A stretch of DNA of 64,000 nt, taken from Catajapyx aquilonaris. Its lineage: Eukaryota. Position 1 is the stretch's first letter. Each line of letters begins with the position of its first letter. The stretch covers positions 1 to 64,000 of the forward strand of contig KZ538068.1 of assembly GCA_000934665.2 (NCBI GenBank), given 5' to 3'. The position numbers and the translations under genes were made by a program. The notes below the pieces were generated by a model. It saw nothing but the letters and a program-made list of their open reading frames with translations. It was not told where the DNA came from and searched no databases. Positions 1-11,329 of the stretch are shown one piece after another.

Positions 1-1074
1 CTAAGATTAGACGACTTTTCAGTTCTTAATCATTCCGGAGGGCAATTCGCCAACCTGCTAACAAGGAACCGTGTCGTATAACCCATTGTTATCGAATCGC
101 ACAATTATTTTGTTTCGCGGTTGCTGTTATTTCCAAGGTCCAAGTCCTTGGCCTGTCCTTGACTTTTATTGTCAGCTTAGTATGTACAAAAAAAAAAAAT
201 AGAAAGCTTGTGCAGTTACCTCCCTTCCATGAAAATGGATCGGAAGCAGCTAATCGACTATGAAACCGGGCCCGACGCTGTTTCGCGCTCGAATTTCCTT
301 TACTCCTCTTTTACATGCTGATTAAAACGCATTTTCGCACCAGAACAGCTGCAAACATTTTTTTGGACACCCCTTACCACTCACTTCCGCTTTTTTTTTT
401 TAACCTACATGCCCTACATCAGCCTACCATTTTGTTTAAAAAAAATCGGCAACCCCCACAGCTGCCCCCGAGTTAAGTTACCCCTTCCCGGAACACTCAA
501 CCCTTTCCTAGCAATCGTAAACACAAATCGTCCTTGCATTTTACAGCCTGCGTCACACACACACGCATGGCAACCTAAAAATTTTCGAATCCCCATGTTG
601 AACGTTCGGCACGTATACCCTACACCCCCTCTAGCTAAACAGTGTGTGTTCATTATAATAGCCCAAACCTACTTTGCCATCATCAGCATAATTCCGCCAG
701 CCAAATGTTTACCCTACCATCCATTTGTGAGAAAGTGTACACGTATTGTTTTCCTTTAATTGCAAATTCATTGAAATATAATTGCCCTCCTGATTACTGA
801 CCTCCTCGTTACACAAATTATTATGCCAGTATTGTCCGTATGTAACACAATACACCTTCTTAACATTATCGCACTTAAAATCTTGCATGTCATGAACCCT
901 AGCAAAAATCCACCGGATCGTAATTTTCTCCCTGACCCCTGACCCGATTCCGCCTGGGTGTTGCCCCAGGAAGACTTTCACATCGCACGTGTAAGCACAC
1001 ACTCAAATCATTTTTTTATTTTTTTTAACCACCCATAATCTACTCCCCATATCTGAACGTAAACTTCCACTTAC
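1..1074 (-). other. mbl: 5' part of the intron following the first coding exon
   Basis: Begins with consensus GTAAGT; no continuation of the Muscleblind sequence (expected GRC...) is visible in 1-1074. Confidence 0.88.
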
Positions 1075-1260
1075 TTTGATACTGTCGTAGCAAGCCGTGA
1101 CGCGGCCGTTCTGCACTTCCACGTTGGCCGGCGGGTGCGCGAATTTGCACTCCGTGTCAGGTCGAGTGCATTTGTTGCGCTGGAACTCCCGGCACACCTC
1201 CAGCTGCAGCCAACGCGAGTCCTTCACGTTGAGTATATTATTCACATTGACCATGGCCAT
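1075..1260 (-). CDS. mbl: Muscleblind (MBNL family) first coding exon, 62 codons, partial CDS continuing beyond the window start
   Basis: Translation [62 protein letters not shown] matches the Muscleblind N-terminus: [10 protein letters not shown] and C-x7-C-x6-C-x3-H zinc finger 1, then the start of finger 2. ATG at 1258-1260 is in strong context (GAGATGG) with an in-frame TAG upstream. Phase-0 donor AAA|GTAAGT at 1074-1069. Confidence 0.97.
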
Positions 1261-1340
1261 CTCGGAATTAAAAATCACACTATATGAGGGGTCTCTCTCA
1301 GAACTCTAGTTTCACAAGAGGTATGTTCGATATAAGTCTG

Positions 1341-1394
1341 TCACTGGTTCCCGCCGAGACTGGGCGTGGGTCTGCCGATGCAAGACTGCTCCAT
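1341..1394 (-). other. uORF in the mbl 5'UTR (MEQSCIGRPTPSLGGNQ*)
   Basis: ATG at 1392-1394 (GGAATGG context), TGA at 1341-1343, inside the predicted exon; translation not shown. Confidence 0.5.
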
Positions 1395-1550
1395 TCCTGG
1401 GGTATGGCGCCGTCGCCTCGGGGAGGGTTACTGAGCGGGCGGTGGCGGCGAGGTGGCTCCCAACCCAACTGCTAGGTGGCAGGCAGCGCGATGGTGGCGC
1501 CCGGCGAAAGTGTGACACTCCCCCCTTGCCTAAACCGGTACTGCGACTTT

Positions 1551-1571
1551 TCACTTTCGCAAACTGGACAT
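1551..1571 (-). other. Short uORF in the mbl 5'UTR (MSSLRK*)
   Basis: ATG at 1569-1571, TGA at 1551-1553, inside the predicted exon. Confidence 0.45.
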
Positions 1572-4245
1572 GAGGAGAGGGACACCTAAGCTCTCAAGGC
1601 AGCGGGGGTTTATCAAGCCAAGCGTGTGTAGAGAAGGGGGAGGAAGGGCTGCTCGCTGTAGCAATCTGTGAAGAAAAAAGGTTGACAAAAAGTTACAACC
1701 AAAGCTACATGGCAACAAGCGGTGGTCATCACTCCTGGTTCATTCAACCCCACCAGGCTCTTTTAGCGGATGCAACGCATCATGCTAGTAAAGCTACAAG
1801 ACAACTATTGGACAACCCTGCCGAATTTTGTTCCAAAAAAAAAAATCATTTACAACCCATAATCGCCGGATAACACAAAAAAAACCTGCATTCCACAGAA
1901 TGCACGTGACCACGCCGATGCACCAACAGGCCCTTGCACTTTTGCAGCCCTCAAGCCCTGGAAATAACCCGCTCACCTTGAATGCAACGGTCATTCTATA
2001 CTGTTCGGTTACATGAAACGCAGACTCTCTACTTCAATGCACCTGCATGCATGTTATAGCCAATGCCAGACATTTGGCACTTTTTTTTTCTTTCTTCTTT
2101 TACGAGTGGGTTTGACCGCCGGTTAATTCCAAGCGTATTGGCAACTGCAACGCTGCCATGGCATAATCGCAAGGTGAAGGTAAAACTAGTCACGCGTGCC
2201 TACCGAGTGGTTGACCCCAACCCAAATGTGCTGTAAAACCTAAGCCGCGCCGACACCCATCCTGTTCTGGAACAACCTGGCCAATATGCACTATCCGAAA
2301 AATTTTATTCACTACACACCACCTGTACCTATCCGACATTATTCCATGCATGTAAAATATTTCTTTTATTGCAGCGTCGGCCATCACACCTAACATGCTC
2401 ACCATCCTTGACTTTCACATTCTCAGCCAGAAATGGTCACCCATGACGTCACACATGCATTAACTATTCGTGACTCGTGTGTGGGCCGGACTTTGAAAAG
2501 ACCCTTTTCAGAGATGCCAATGACAAAAACACACACGCACCCCCAAAAAAATCCTATTCGCAGTTGCGGAGAGAGAGAAAAAAAATCCCCGCTGGCTTTA
2601 AAAGTTCGCGGCGATGCAAAACAGCAATATCCGTCACGGAGTTTTCAAAGGTCTCTATGTTGCGCTATCCCCTCCCACACCCACCCATCCGTTTCTATAT
2701 CCCCCCCTACCGGAGCACGTCTACCGAATATTCCCAAAAGCAATCAATACGATGACTAATGCTGCACTTCAAACACTTGCATGGGTTCCATTATTTGCCC
2801 ACAAGCGCTCTGAAACATTTCAAACGAAAGCCACCCCCCACCCCCCTCTTTTTTAGACCCAGACTCCACCGTGAGGAGAATTAAGTATGAACCCCCCAAT
2901 TTCCACAGAAAGCGTTACTCATTACCGGATTATAAATTTATTCCCCTTCTCTAGCATTTCGAGCACAAAGATGGCGGCCGCCACTGGGGGCAGCCATGTT
3001 GGGCAGTCGACATGTGAATTATATTTAAAAATTCGGGGTGTTTTAAATCGCCTTGATGCCGACCGGTCTGCCAAATTGTCGCCAGGTCGACCTCATTCGG
3101 TGGTGGCAGGAACATGCAACCAGGCACAACCATCGCGGGGAAACAGCTGCTTCGTGGTGACAGGAAACAACTGCTTCCAGACATATCGATTCCATCCATC
3201 CCCTGGTATTACTTTTTTGGGACCCACCAAAAAACAGGCTGTTCATTGCAAATATTGATGTTGCGCCATGAAAGGTAAACACTAAATTTGCACATTTCCC
3301 TATGTCACCCCCGGACAGTATTGTTGGCGAGGTTGGTGCACTGCTGCACTAATCTACTAATCGAATAAGGAGGGGTCTGTTGCAGCGGGTGGGGCCCCGG
3401 GTGGCGCCAGAGTGGCGCCGGGATGTCTAATCCCCTTCCTGCACGCAAGGGCGCCCTGGACCCTCCGACGCCGACGCCGACGCTGCGTGCCCAGGACTTA
3501 CCTACCTGCGCAAGTCCCCCCTTAACAAAAATAGCCTAAATGATAACCCCCCTCGATACACACGCATACAAAAAAAAATACAGGTCAAAAGAGGCATCGG
3601 CGTGTTTGGCGGTTGCTGCGGGTGAAACCGGCAATCCCCCTACCTGCAATCATTAAATTCATCCGCACAAGGCTGCTGATTCATGCACAACAGTTGCCTG
3701 CGGCTGATTGCCATCGCACGACAGGTCAGGCACCGACTGCCAATGACAAAAGGCTCGAATTTCGCATTTATTTTTGGGTGGGGAACCGCAGTCGGCAGGT
3801 CGCGACGCCCGATTGGAAATCGAAGGTAGTTTCATATCAAACCCAGGAGACCTGATGTATTAATAATGCGATCGCTGTTATTTTGCTCCGTACCCTGATA
3901 CTGTGATCCTGCCAGTTATGCAACCGAACTCTTTTGTCTTGCCCTCCCAATTTGTTGCTACTCTCTTAAATTCAAGTGGTTTCCTCCCCTAGAGCTTGAT
4001 TATCGGGAGCAAACTCTTCGGAAATTGTCCTGCACCCCGGAGGCACGTACATCTCCAGGTTTCTTTCAGGTCCTGTCAAACCCCCCCAGATCCCAGCTCG
4101 GATACCAAAGAAACTTACTACATCAGTTTGACCCAACCGAACAGGCCCCAAATTTTCACGCCTAGAACGTCCAATAACAATCAGAACAATACAATAAATA
4201 TTTGCTATAGATTCAGCACGAATAAAATTATTTAGAATCTCTACA

Positions 4246-4386
4246 TACAGGGTGTTCAAGATTCGTGGGTCACTTTTTGATAACTGATATCGCCCGAAGG
4301 TGGGTCGAATGTAGCAGGTGCTTTAGAATGAAGAACAACATGCTACAAAAATAACTGCTATCCGGCGATATCAGTTATCAAAAAGT
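4246..4386. mobile_element. Tc1/mariner-type MITE fragment with internal 23-bp perfect inverted repeat
   Basis: TA-CAGGGTGTTC at 4246-4257 is a typical Tc1/mariner end. ACTTTTTGATAACTGATATCGCC (4272-4294) is the exact reverse complement of 4364-4386, with an inner pair TGTAGCA/TGCTACA. Confidence 0.55.
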
Positions 4387-4414
4387 CAGTACAGTATGTT
4401 TGTCCCACGTACCT

Positions 4415-4591
4415 TACAGTACCCACAGCAGTGGGGGGGGGGGGGGGCTGCTCCACCAATCAGATCGGTGAATACAGTGCGGTACAAAAGAAATGCTCTT
4501 TTGAAACCCTACCGTGTATGGTCGCAATATTTAGGACACGCCTTTTTTGAGAGAGAGAGAGAGAGAGAAGTTAGGCTGTGGATATACTGTA
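4415..4591. mobile_element. Internally deleted copy of a palindromic TA-flanked MITE (same family as 57845-58073)
   Basis: Ends TACAGTACCCACAGC and GCTGTGGATATACTGTA are imperfect TIRs. 4451-4512 is 57/62 identical to 57957-58018, and the GAGAAGTTAGG(C/A)TGTGG segment is shared. Contains poly-G (4433-4447) and (GA)n (about 4549-4568). Confidence 0.65.
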
Positions 4592-7500
4592 ACCCACTTT
4601 CAGACTACTGAGAGTGCTGGAACTTGGCACACCGCTGTCTTATGATTAATATATCCGCTACTTGAGATAGTTCAACCCTTACGCACATTCACGGCGCAAG
4701 AAGCCGCACTACCCTCTATTTTCATAACGTTCCTTCTTCCAAATTGAGCCTTGCATAGTTCGTTATAATTTTGTTAACTTCGGGGTGCTTCCCCCCTGGT
4801 TTTTGCACGGCTATTCACATAAATTACCTATACAGATAAGAAACAGCGCATATTTTACAGTGCAAGATAAGGGACTTTAGTGCCTTATGCCTTAATTATA
4901 CGGAGCTCCAGCATTAGAGCCCCAGAGTTTGGAAAGCCCTCCGCAGCGAAACAACGTTAAAAAGTGTTTTGTTTGCAGAAAAGTTTTCCATAACCCCCCC
5001 TGCGGTATATCGGAAATCCGCTGGCCGGTCCCGGACTGATGCGAGTCTCGCATAGTTCCCTCCTATCACTAGTGTAGGAAAAATGCACTTGTTGGGAGTG
5101 GGGGTGCCGGCGGTTTATCCGGCACCGAGCCAGCATCATCCATTAGACTATTCCTCACACCGCCGCCGGCCACGTATCTATCCGCCTGCTGAAGAAGCTA
5201 TTTTTTACACACCCACCCCCCACCCCACCCCATTGCATTGTATCGCCTCACCCTCCAAACAGGGTGTCACAATATTCACGTAACAGCAAAACGTTCCAAG
5301 CAAACACACGTGCTCCACACATTCTTAAAAAAAAATCTGGCGAGGACCACCCTTAAATTTTCCGTCCCCTCGCAAGTTGTCGACATCTCGCAGCTGTTTT
5401 TCCGCGCCTGCTCAGGACCTAGGAACACCGGGGTAAAAATTCCTGCACTCAATTAGAGCCGCATTTAGCACGTCAAGAGTAAGTCGACAGGGTCCACCTC
5501 ACCCCATTTCCTCCGCGAAATTTTTTTCCCCTTCCTAACATACCAGGTAAGCCCTGCAAAAATTCTGCACATTGTTGTCCCCTTTTAATGTCAAGTGTAC
5601 AAAAATTCAATCCCTCCCCAAGTTTTTGAGAAATGCGCTCCCCCAAAATTCCGTCAGGTGGCATTATACGGGTGTGGGCAGCCCGGCAGAAAATGATGTC
5701 AGCGGACATTCCCCGTCCCCTTTTCCGTGCGATGACACTATTACCGCGAATAACTGCGCGGGGGCCCCCCCTGGTATAAAGGCGCCCCCTCGAAATGCGC
5801 GAGTTATGTTCATGTCTACTGCAAACTGGGAGAGGCCCATATATTCACCACTTATTTCGGTAGGATGACACCCCCCAACAACAACAACAAAAAATGCTGC
5901 ATTAGCCCTAATCCGACCCCCACACAGTTTGAAACCCCTAGTTCCTAACGAGCCGAATTACGCCTCGTTTACATCCCAAAAAAAATCCGGCCAATAGATG
6001 TCACCCATACGATATTCCCCTTCCCAAGCCTGAATTCTCAAACAACAACAACAAAAAGCACCACACACTGTCCTGAGGGGTCTGATGTATACGACATCAG
6101 GGCACGAATAACAAATTCATCGCTACGAAAAAACTGACTTCTTGGCCAAATCCGCTTCTTTCTGCGGGTGCAGCACTACACCGGAAGTGGATAAGACGGT
6201 GGAGGAGAGGGTAGATGTGGTGAGCAGGAGAGGGGGGGGGGACAGAGAGAGAAACCTACAGGGATATTTGCAAGGCAAGCCGGATATCCGCGGCTGTGAG
6301 ACGAGATCGATATGACTACAAAGCTCCCCCGCCAGATACACGGCCTTTTCTTTACAAATGCCACTGGGCATAGGGGATCGAGGGAAAAAGTGTGGGTGGG
6401 TCGACTCCCTAGTTCTAGAGGGGGGTAGTTATCTGCAGACGGAAAAATCAACAAAGTGGCCCTCATGAAAATGAGCCTGTCGCAATTACGGACCGTTTGT
6501 GAATTAACCACGGGTACGCCACGCCTCTTTCCTAACGATTATTCGGGTTACCTCTCCGTCAATTACACGTCGCATGCTTGCCGGGGCATCTCCACGCCCT
6601 AATTATAAAGTACTCTGAATAAATGTTACGCCAGTTGTAAATATTGATTAGCTCTATTGCAACAATCGAGGCCATGGTGAATGCTATGTTTAGTATATTC
6701 ATCCCGATCGCATACCATACACACGGGACATGCGGACAATACTCCCGAAATGAGTCAGTAGCACTTAGGCTGAATCGCAGTGCTGTGGGAGGGTATGAGT
6801 GGACAGTTGCAACGAGAGGAATCGATCCTCTCCGCCAGCAAATAACACCGTTCAAGTGTACCTTTTCGGCGAATGTGTCCAACTTTCAAGTCCATTTTTG
6901 GGTCTAATCCTAGCACGAAATAACTCCGACGGATGACACTTTGTAGGCATGAGGCCACTTCCCCATGGGTGCCGCACCAGTAGAGTGCGAAACCCGTCGA
7001 GACTTCCAAATCCCCAGTTTTCAATCCCGAAGAAGCAATTTCGTCGGCATTACTCTACCTATATGACACCGTGATTGGATACGCAGGACAGCATGGTCAA
7101 CTGCTTACAAGCACGCTAGATGCCAGTAGTGGCTCCCCCCATTCAACCACCGCGCCATCTAGCACAATCTACTCGACGCTTCAAAATGCTACATACTACC
7201 TATAGGACGCCCAGGGAAGGCTCCGGGGCCACAATCTCGTTTGTGGCAGGCTGCTGTTCACTTACAGCCGCCATGCAAATGCAATTCCTCCCATCCCGGC
7301 CGCTCGCAAATGGGAAAGGACAACACTTGCTTCTCCTTGGGATGCTGGATGCAGCAGGCGCCTCCATCTCTAAACGCCCATCACTATATACCCCCCAGTC
7401 CCCTCCCTCTTATTCATTTCCAGTATCTGGCCCCCTTCCAAATACGGCCTAATGTTTCCCTCTGAAATCTGAATTTTATCACAGGATTACACAGTCAATG

Positions 7501-8766
7501 AAAAGAGCGGCACTTTATACCAGACAAGATTGTCCGGCCCTTTTGCGACATTACATATCCCGATCCCGTAGGGGTTAAAAGGGCTAGGGATTTGGTTAAG
7601 ATCCGCCTGGATATCCAGATCACACGGAGTGTCTGCATTGCAGGTGGGGTTCTTCATCTTTCCCCCCCGATACACTGTCAACAAGAACTGCCAAGCTGTT
7701 ATTATCACTCTTGCCAGAGCAAACTACGCCAGCCAGTAGATCTAGGCTTATTTCTAAGCTGCAATATCCGATGAGTCAGCCGGAGCAAATGGGTCCCATG
7801 GGCCTGGAGTGTATGATAGGGAATCAATTGTACGCCAGGCTTTATTCCTGCACTGCATGAGGAAATAGCCTTGTCATAAATGGCAACGTTCATTAGTTGG
7901 CATGCATGTAATAACGGATGTGGCTCGATACTGTACATGCGGAATCACAGTCAGAAAATCACACCCGTCATTTCCTATCGTTCCGTACAGCCTCCAGTGC
8001 CAATGTAACACCGCATACTGTATGGCAATAAGCCGCTTACCATTTCTCCCTGAGGATACTGTGCGTGTCTTACATAACAAATGCATATCACACCATTCTG
8101 AAAAAAAATACCGATCTCACTTTCTAAAAAAGCACAATCTGGCTGCATTTGATCCACCTTAACTCCACGACATTGCGTGTTTCCAGGCGCCTTCCTAAGA
8201 CAAACAATGAATTAAGTAGCTTACACAGAAAACAGAATCTGGAGCAATAATGCTCGCTTACAATTCAAATCGCCCACGAACGATATAGCGCCATGATTTA
8301 TTATGAGACATAACTCAGCCTGCAAATACCCCTGATTTACTCCCGATTTGCGCCAAAAAATCCGCATATTTTTTTTTACGGCCAACTCCCAAGAATAATA
8401 ACTCAGCCCCCCAAAAAGCATCTAGGCACATACTCATGATTTATGTCCGTGACAACTCCGACGTAAAGCCAACGCTCATTTTTAAATGCGGTCTGGCAAA
8501 TGACGTGACAGACCACAAGAGTAGCGCGCGGGGGGGGGGGGGNGGGGGGTTGTAGAGTTTTGCAGTCTTTGAAAGTGGGCTAATGCCAGGAGGTGGTTGG
8601 GGAGGGCTTTGCAGAACCCCGAAGGCGGCGTCAGTGTCCGTGTTATGACGCTGCGTCGGCGACGTCCGCCATAGTCGGGCCAGGCAGGCGCCTCCGGCCC
8701 ATCGATATTTTCCCACGCCGTCTCCGTTTCCATCCGCAATACTGGATTGTGCCAAAGATGGCCGCC

Positions 8767-8814
8767 GCACACAGATGCCGCCTGTGTATACCACATAGAT
8801 GGCGCCTGTGCATA
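8767..8814. repeat. Tandem duplication, 2 x 24 bp, each unit self-complementary
   Basis: GCACACAGATGCCGCCTGTGTATA and CCACATAGATGGCGCCTGTGCATA, 20/24 identical. Confidence 0.75.
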
Positions 8815-11036
8815 GCCATTTGCAGTACACGCATCCTGGAATTTTTTTTAAAACCCCCTCCGGCTCGTTTACATAATTCGAGTGACATTTTCGCAAGCGT
8901 CACGCCAAGTTTGGGCGTCATTTTCCAAAATCGCCGCTCCCGGATAAAGGGCGGCCAGTTCCAAGCCCGGAGAGAAATTCGCCGCCATAATCAGCGAAAT
9001 AAACTGTCTGTGATGGAATAACACCTCATTGCCAACCACCATTAACCCGGGGCCTAATTTAAGATATGTCTTACAGCCGGGCCCGGTTACGACTCCGATT
9101 GTGACCAGTGTGCATCCCAAATTTAAGCGCTAATCACCTGCCCTTAGATAAGACGTCCCCCCTATTCGCAACTTACACGATACCGACGATTTGTCTCATC
9201 CGCGCGATTAACATGTTGATGGAGCCCACTCGTAGCACAAATATCCCCGCTCGTATGGTCCCTGTGCAAAAACTACATATCGACCGTCACATACACACAC
9301 GCTCTCTCCCCAAAAATTGGAAATTATACGGCCGGCGCTAACAAGCCGCGCGAATTTAACCTTTGGGTCATTCCGCCAAATTGAGCTACAAAACCTTCGG
9401 TCGCGGCCGCTAGCTTATATAATTATTACGCCGTCGTCTTGGGCCGGGGAAACGATCGTTCTGATTGCACGCCCGCAAATTCAAACTTGAGGGGATTAGG
9501 CCGCTCTTCATGTTTACGGTACTATAACAGTGTCACATCAGAAAGGTCGTATCGACTTGCGCCAACTCTAGCGTCGCAATCCAAATTTACTCGGTAAATG
9601 TTATGTACCAAAATTTCCTTACGAATAGATGGATCAAAATCTTATAAGGTTGGAGGTCACCTATATAGTAGACACAAATTGATTTTTGCTCTTTTGCTTG
9701 CCCACCCACCCATCCATCCATCAGTTCACGGCCAACTCAAAACCCCTCAAGCCATATTCGTCTTTGCTCTCTCCCAACCCTCCCAATTAACTAATTTTGG
9801 CATAGATTTTCACCACCTACAAGAACATCGATAATAAACTTTCACTACTCCCTTACTTTACGTCATCGGAAATCCAATTCCGGATGGAGACAGTAATTCG
9901 CAGCAGCCTGCGGGACAAACTTCCGACGAAACTTGGCCGCCCCAATTCTCCCCACTAACATTATAGGCAAATCGACGCTCTCTACTAAATTAATCGACGT
10001 TATACCGCCCCCCCCCCCCAAAAAAAAAAGTGTCATTGGTACGGGTCCTGAATATCGGACGCGATCCAGGTCACTCCAATTCCGAGATGCCATCATCAGG
10101 CTGGGGTGGAATCACGAGTAGTGCCCTATGTGGTAATGTTCTGGATTATAGGTAATAATTCAGTCACCATTTTTGTTTGGAGACATTTCGACACAAACGT
10201 GCCAGATTCACCTGCAGCAATTTACTTAATTATGACAATACATTCACAATATTTAATTGTGAATGCCTCGTATAGATACCGGGTGTCCAACCTAACCTAA
10301 ACATGACCCAGCCATCTTGCACTCAACATCCCCCTGGACGGCATGGTAACAGATTCTAATTCCGGAGACGAGACTCTGCGCCTGGGTTTATTCATCACTC
10401 TAGCTCTGTGGCATGCCAGGATATGGCCGACATGCGAGTTGGCAAAAAGACCCGGGGTCCTGCAGACTACAGACCGCCATGGAAAGCCTAGCCTTTCCCC
10501 CGCGACAAACACTGATCTAATTAGAGATCGATTCCCAGCGTCACTCTGCCAGGCCTTGTTAGGAAGCTGCGTCGTCCGAGGTGTCGTGACTAGGCGCCTC
10601 CCTCTTCATCAGCCTCTTATCCCGAGGACAATGACGGGGGTGGTGGAGGAGGGTGGTCTAGCATCATATGGAAGAGAGAGGCTTACACACCCTGACCCCT
10701 GCCCCCCTTACAGCTCTCCCCATTCCAGGGGCCAGGCCTTTTGTCTCGCACAAAAGTGCCCACACATTTCCCGGGATTACCCGTCCATGCAATGGGTCGG
10801 ATTATTGCATGTGACGCCTTCAAGTGCTCCAGGGTTTCTGGATTTAGCCCACTCCACGGTTTTCTTCCTCTCATCACACGCTTCATTTTCCCTCCCGCAG
10901 AGTGTGTAGATTGGGGCATAACGTGCGTAATATCATATACGGAAAGGGAGCGAGGGCTGGGTTAAAACCTGGCAATTATTCTATGGGTACGTGTCGACCG
11001 CGCCCATATTCGAGAAGGCTTACCCCTGCAGGATAT

Positions 11037-11329
11037 TTATTTTATTTATTTTATATATTTTACCCCGTGATATGCCTACATAGGTCTTTTTGGGGGGTGG
11101 TACACCACCATCAAATTTCTTGTACTTTTTCTTCAATCTCCGGTGCAAGGAAACAGGACAATGGGAGATGATAGGGCTTTTTGGGGAGGTGAGGTTGCCA
11201 GACCTCCAAAGGTGCAGGTCAGAGACTCTCCCGACGCAGGTGAGGGGAACTCCCAGGCAGGGATCGAACCTAGGACCTTTCCCTCAGCAAGCCGAGACGT
11301 TACCATCTCGGCCACCACACCTCCCCCCA
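11037..11329 (-). mobile_element. Full-length tRNA-derived SINE (family B) with 17-bp target-site duplication
   Basis: Minus-strand Pol III A box TGGCCGAGATGG (11314-11303) and B box GGTTCGATCCC (11270-11260); AAAT-rich tail at about 11037-11060; flanking direct repeats TTACCCCTGC(A/G)GGATAT at 11020-11036 and 11330-11346. Confidence 0.88.

Larger units (their letters stand above)
1075..1665 (-). other. mbl: Complete exon (591 nt): about 405 nt of 5'UTR plus the first 62 codons of mbl
   Basis: Minus-strand acceptor TGTAACTTTTTGTCAACCTTTTTTCTTCACAG|ATTGC (AG = + strand CT at 1666-1667) with a long pyrimidine tract; donor GTAAGT at 1074. A second CAG 10 nt downstream (exon start 1655) is a possible alternative acceptor. 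Confidence 0.72.

Noticed and set aside
1003..1074. ORF-track extension [23 protein letters not shown] after ...DSIK, and the GTG start at 1278
   Set aside because: Read-through past a perfect GTAAGT donor with no Muscleblind similarity; the real start is ATG 1260. A retained-intron isoform cannot be supported from sequence.
10343..10909. 188-aa ORF; likewise 31058-31594, 55139-55831 and the other short ORFs
   Set aside because: No family motifs, no transposase or reverse-transcriptase signature, many non-ATG starts; consistent with chance ORFs.
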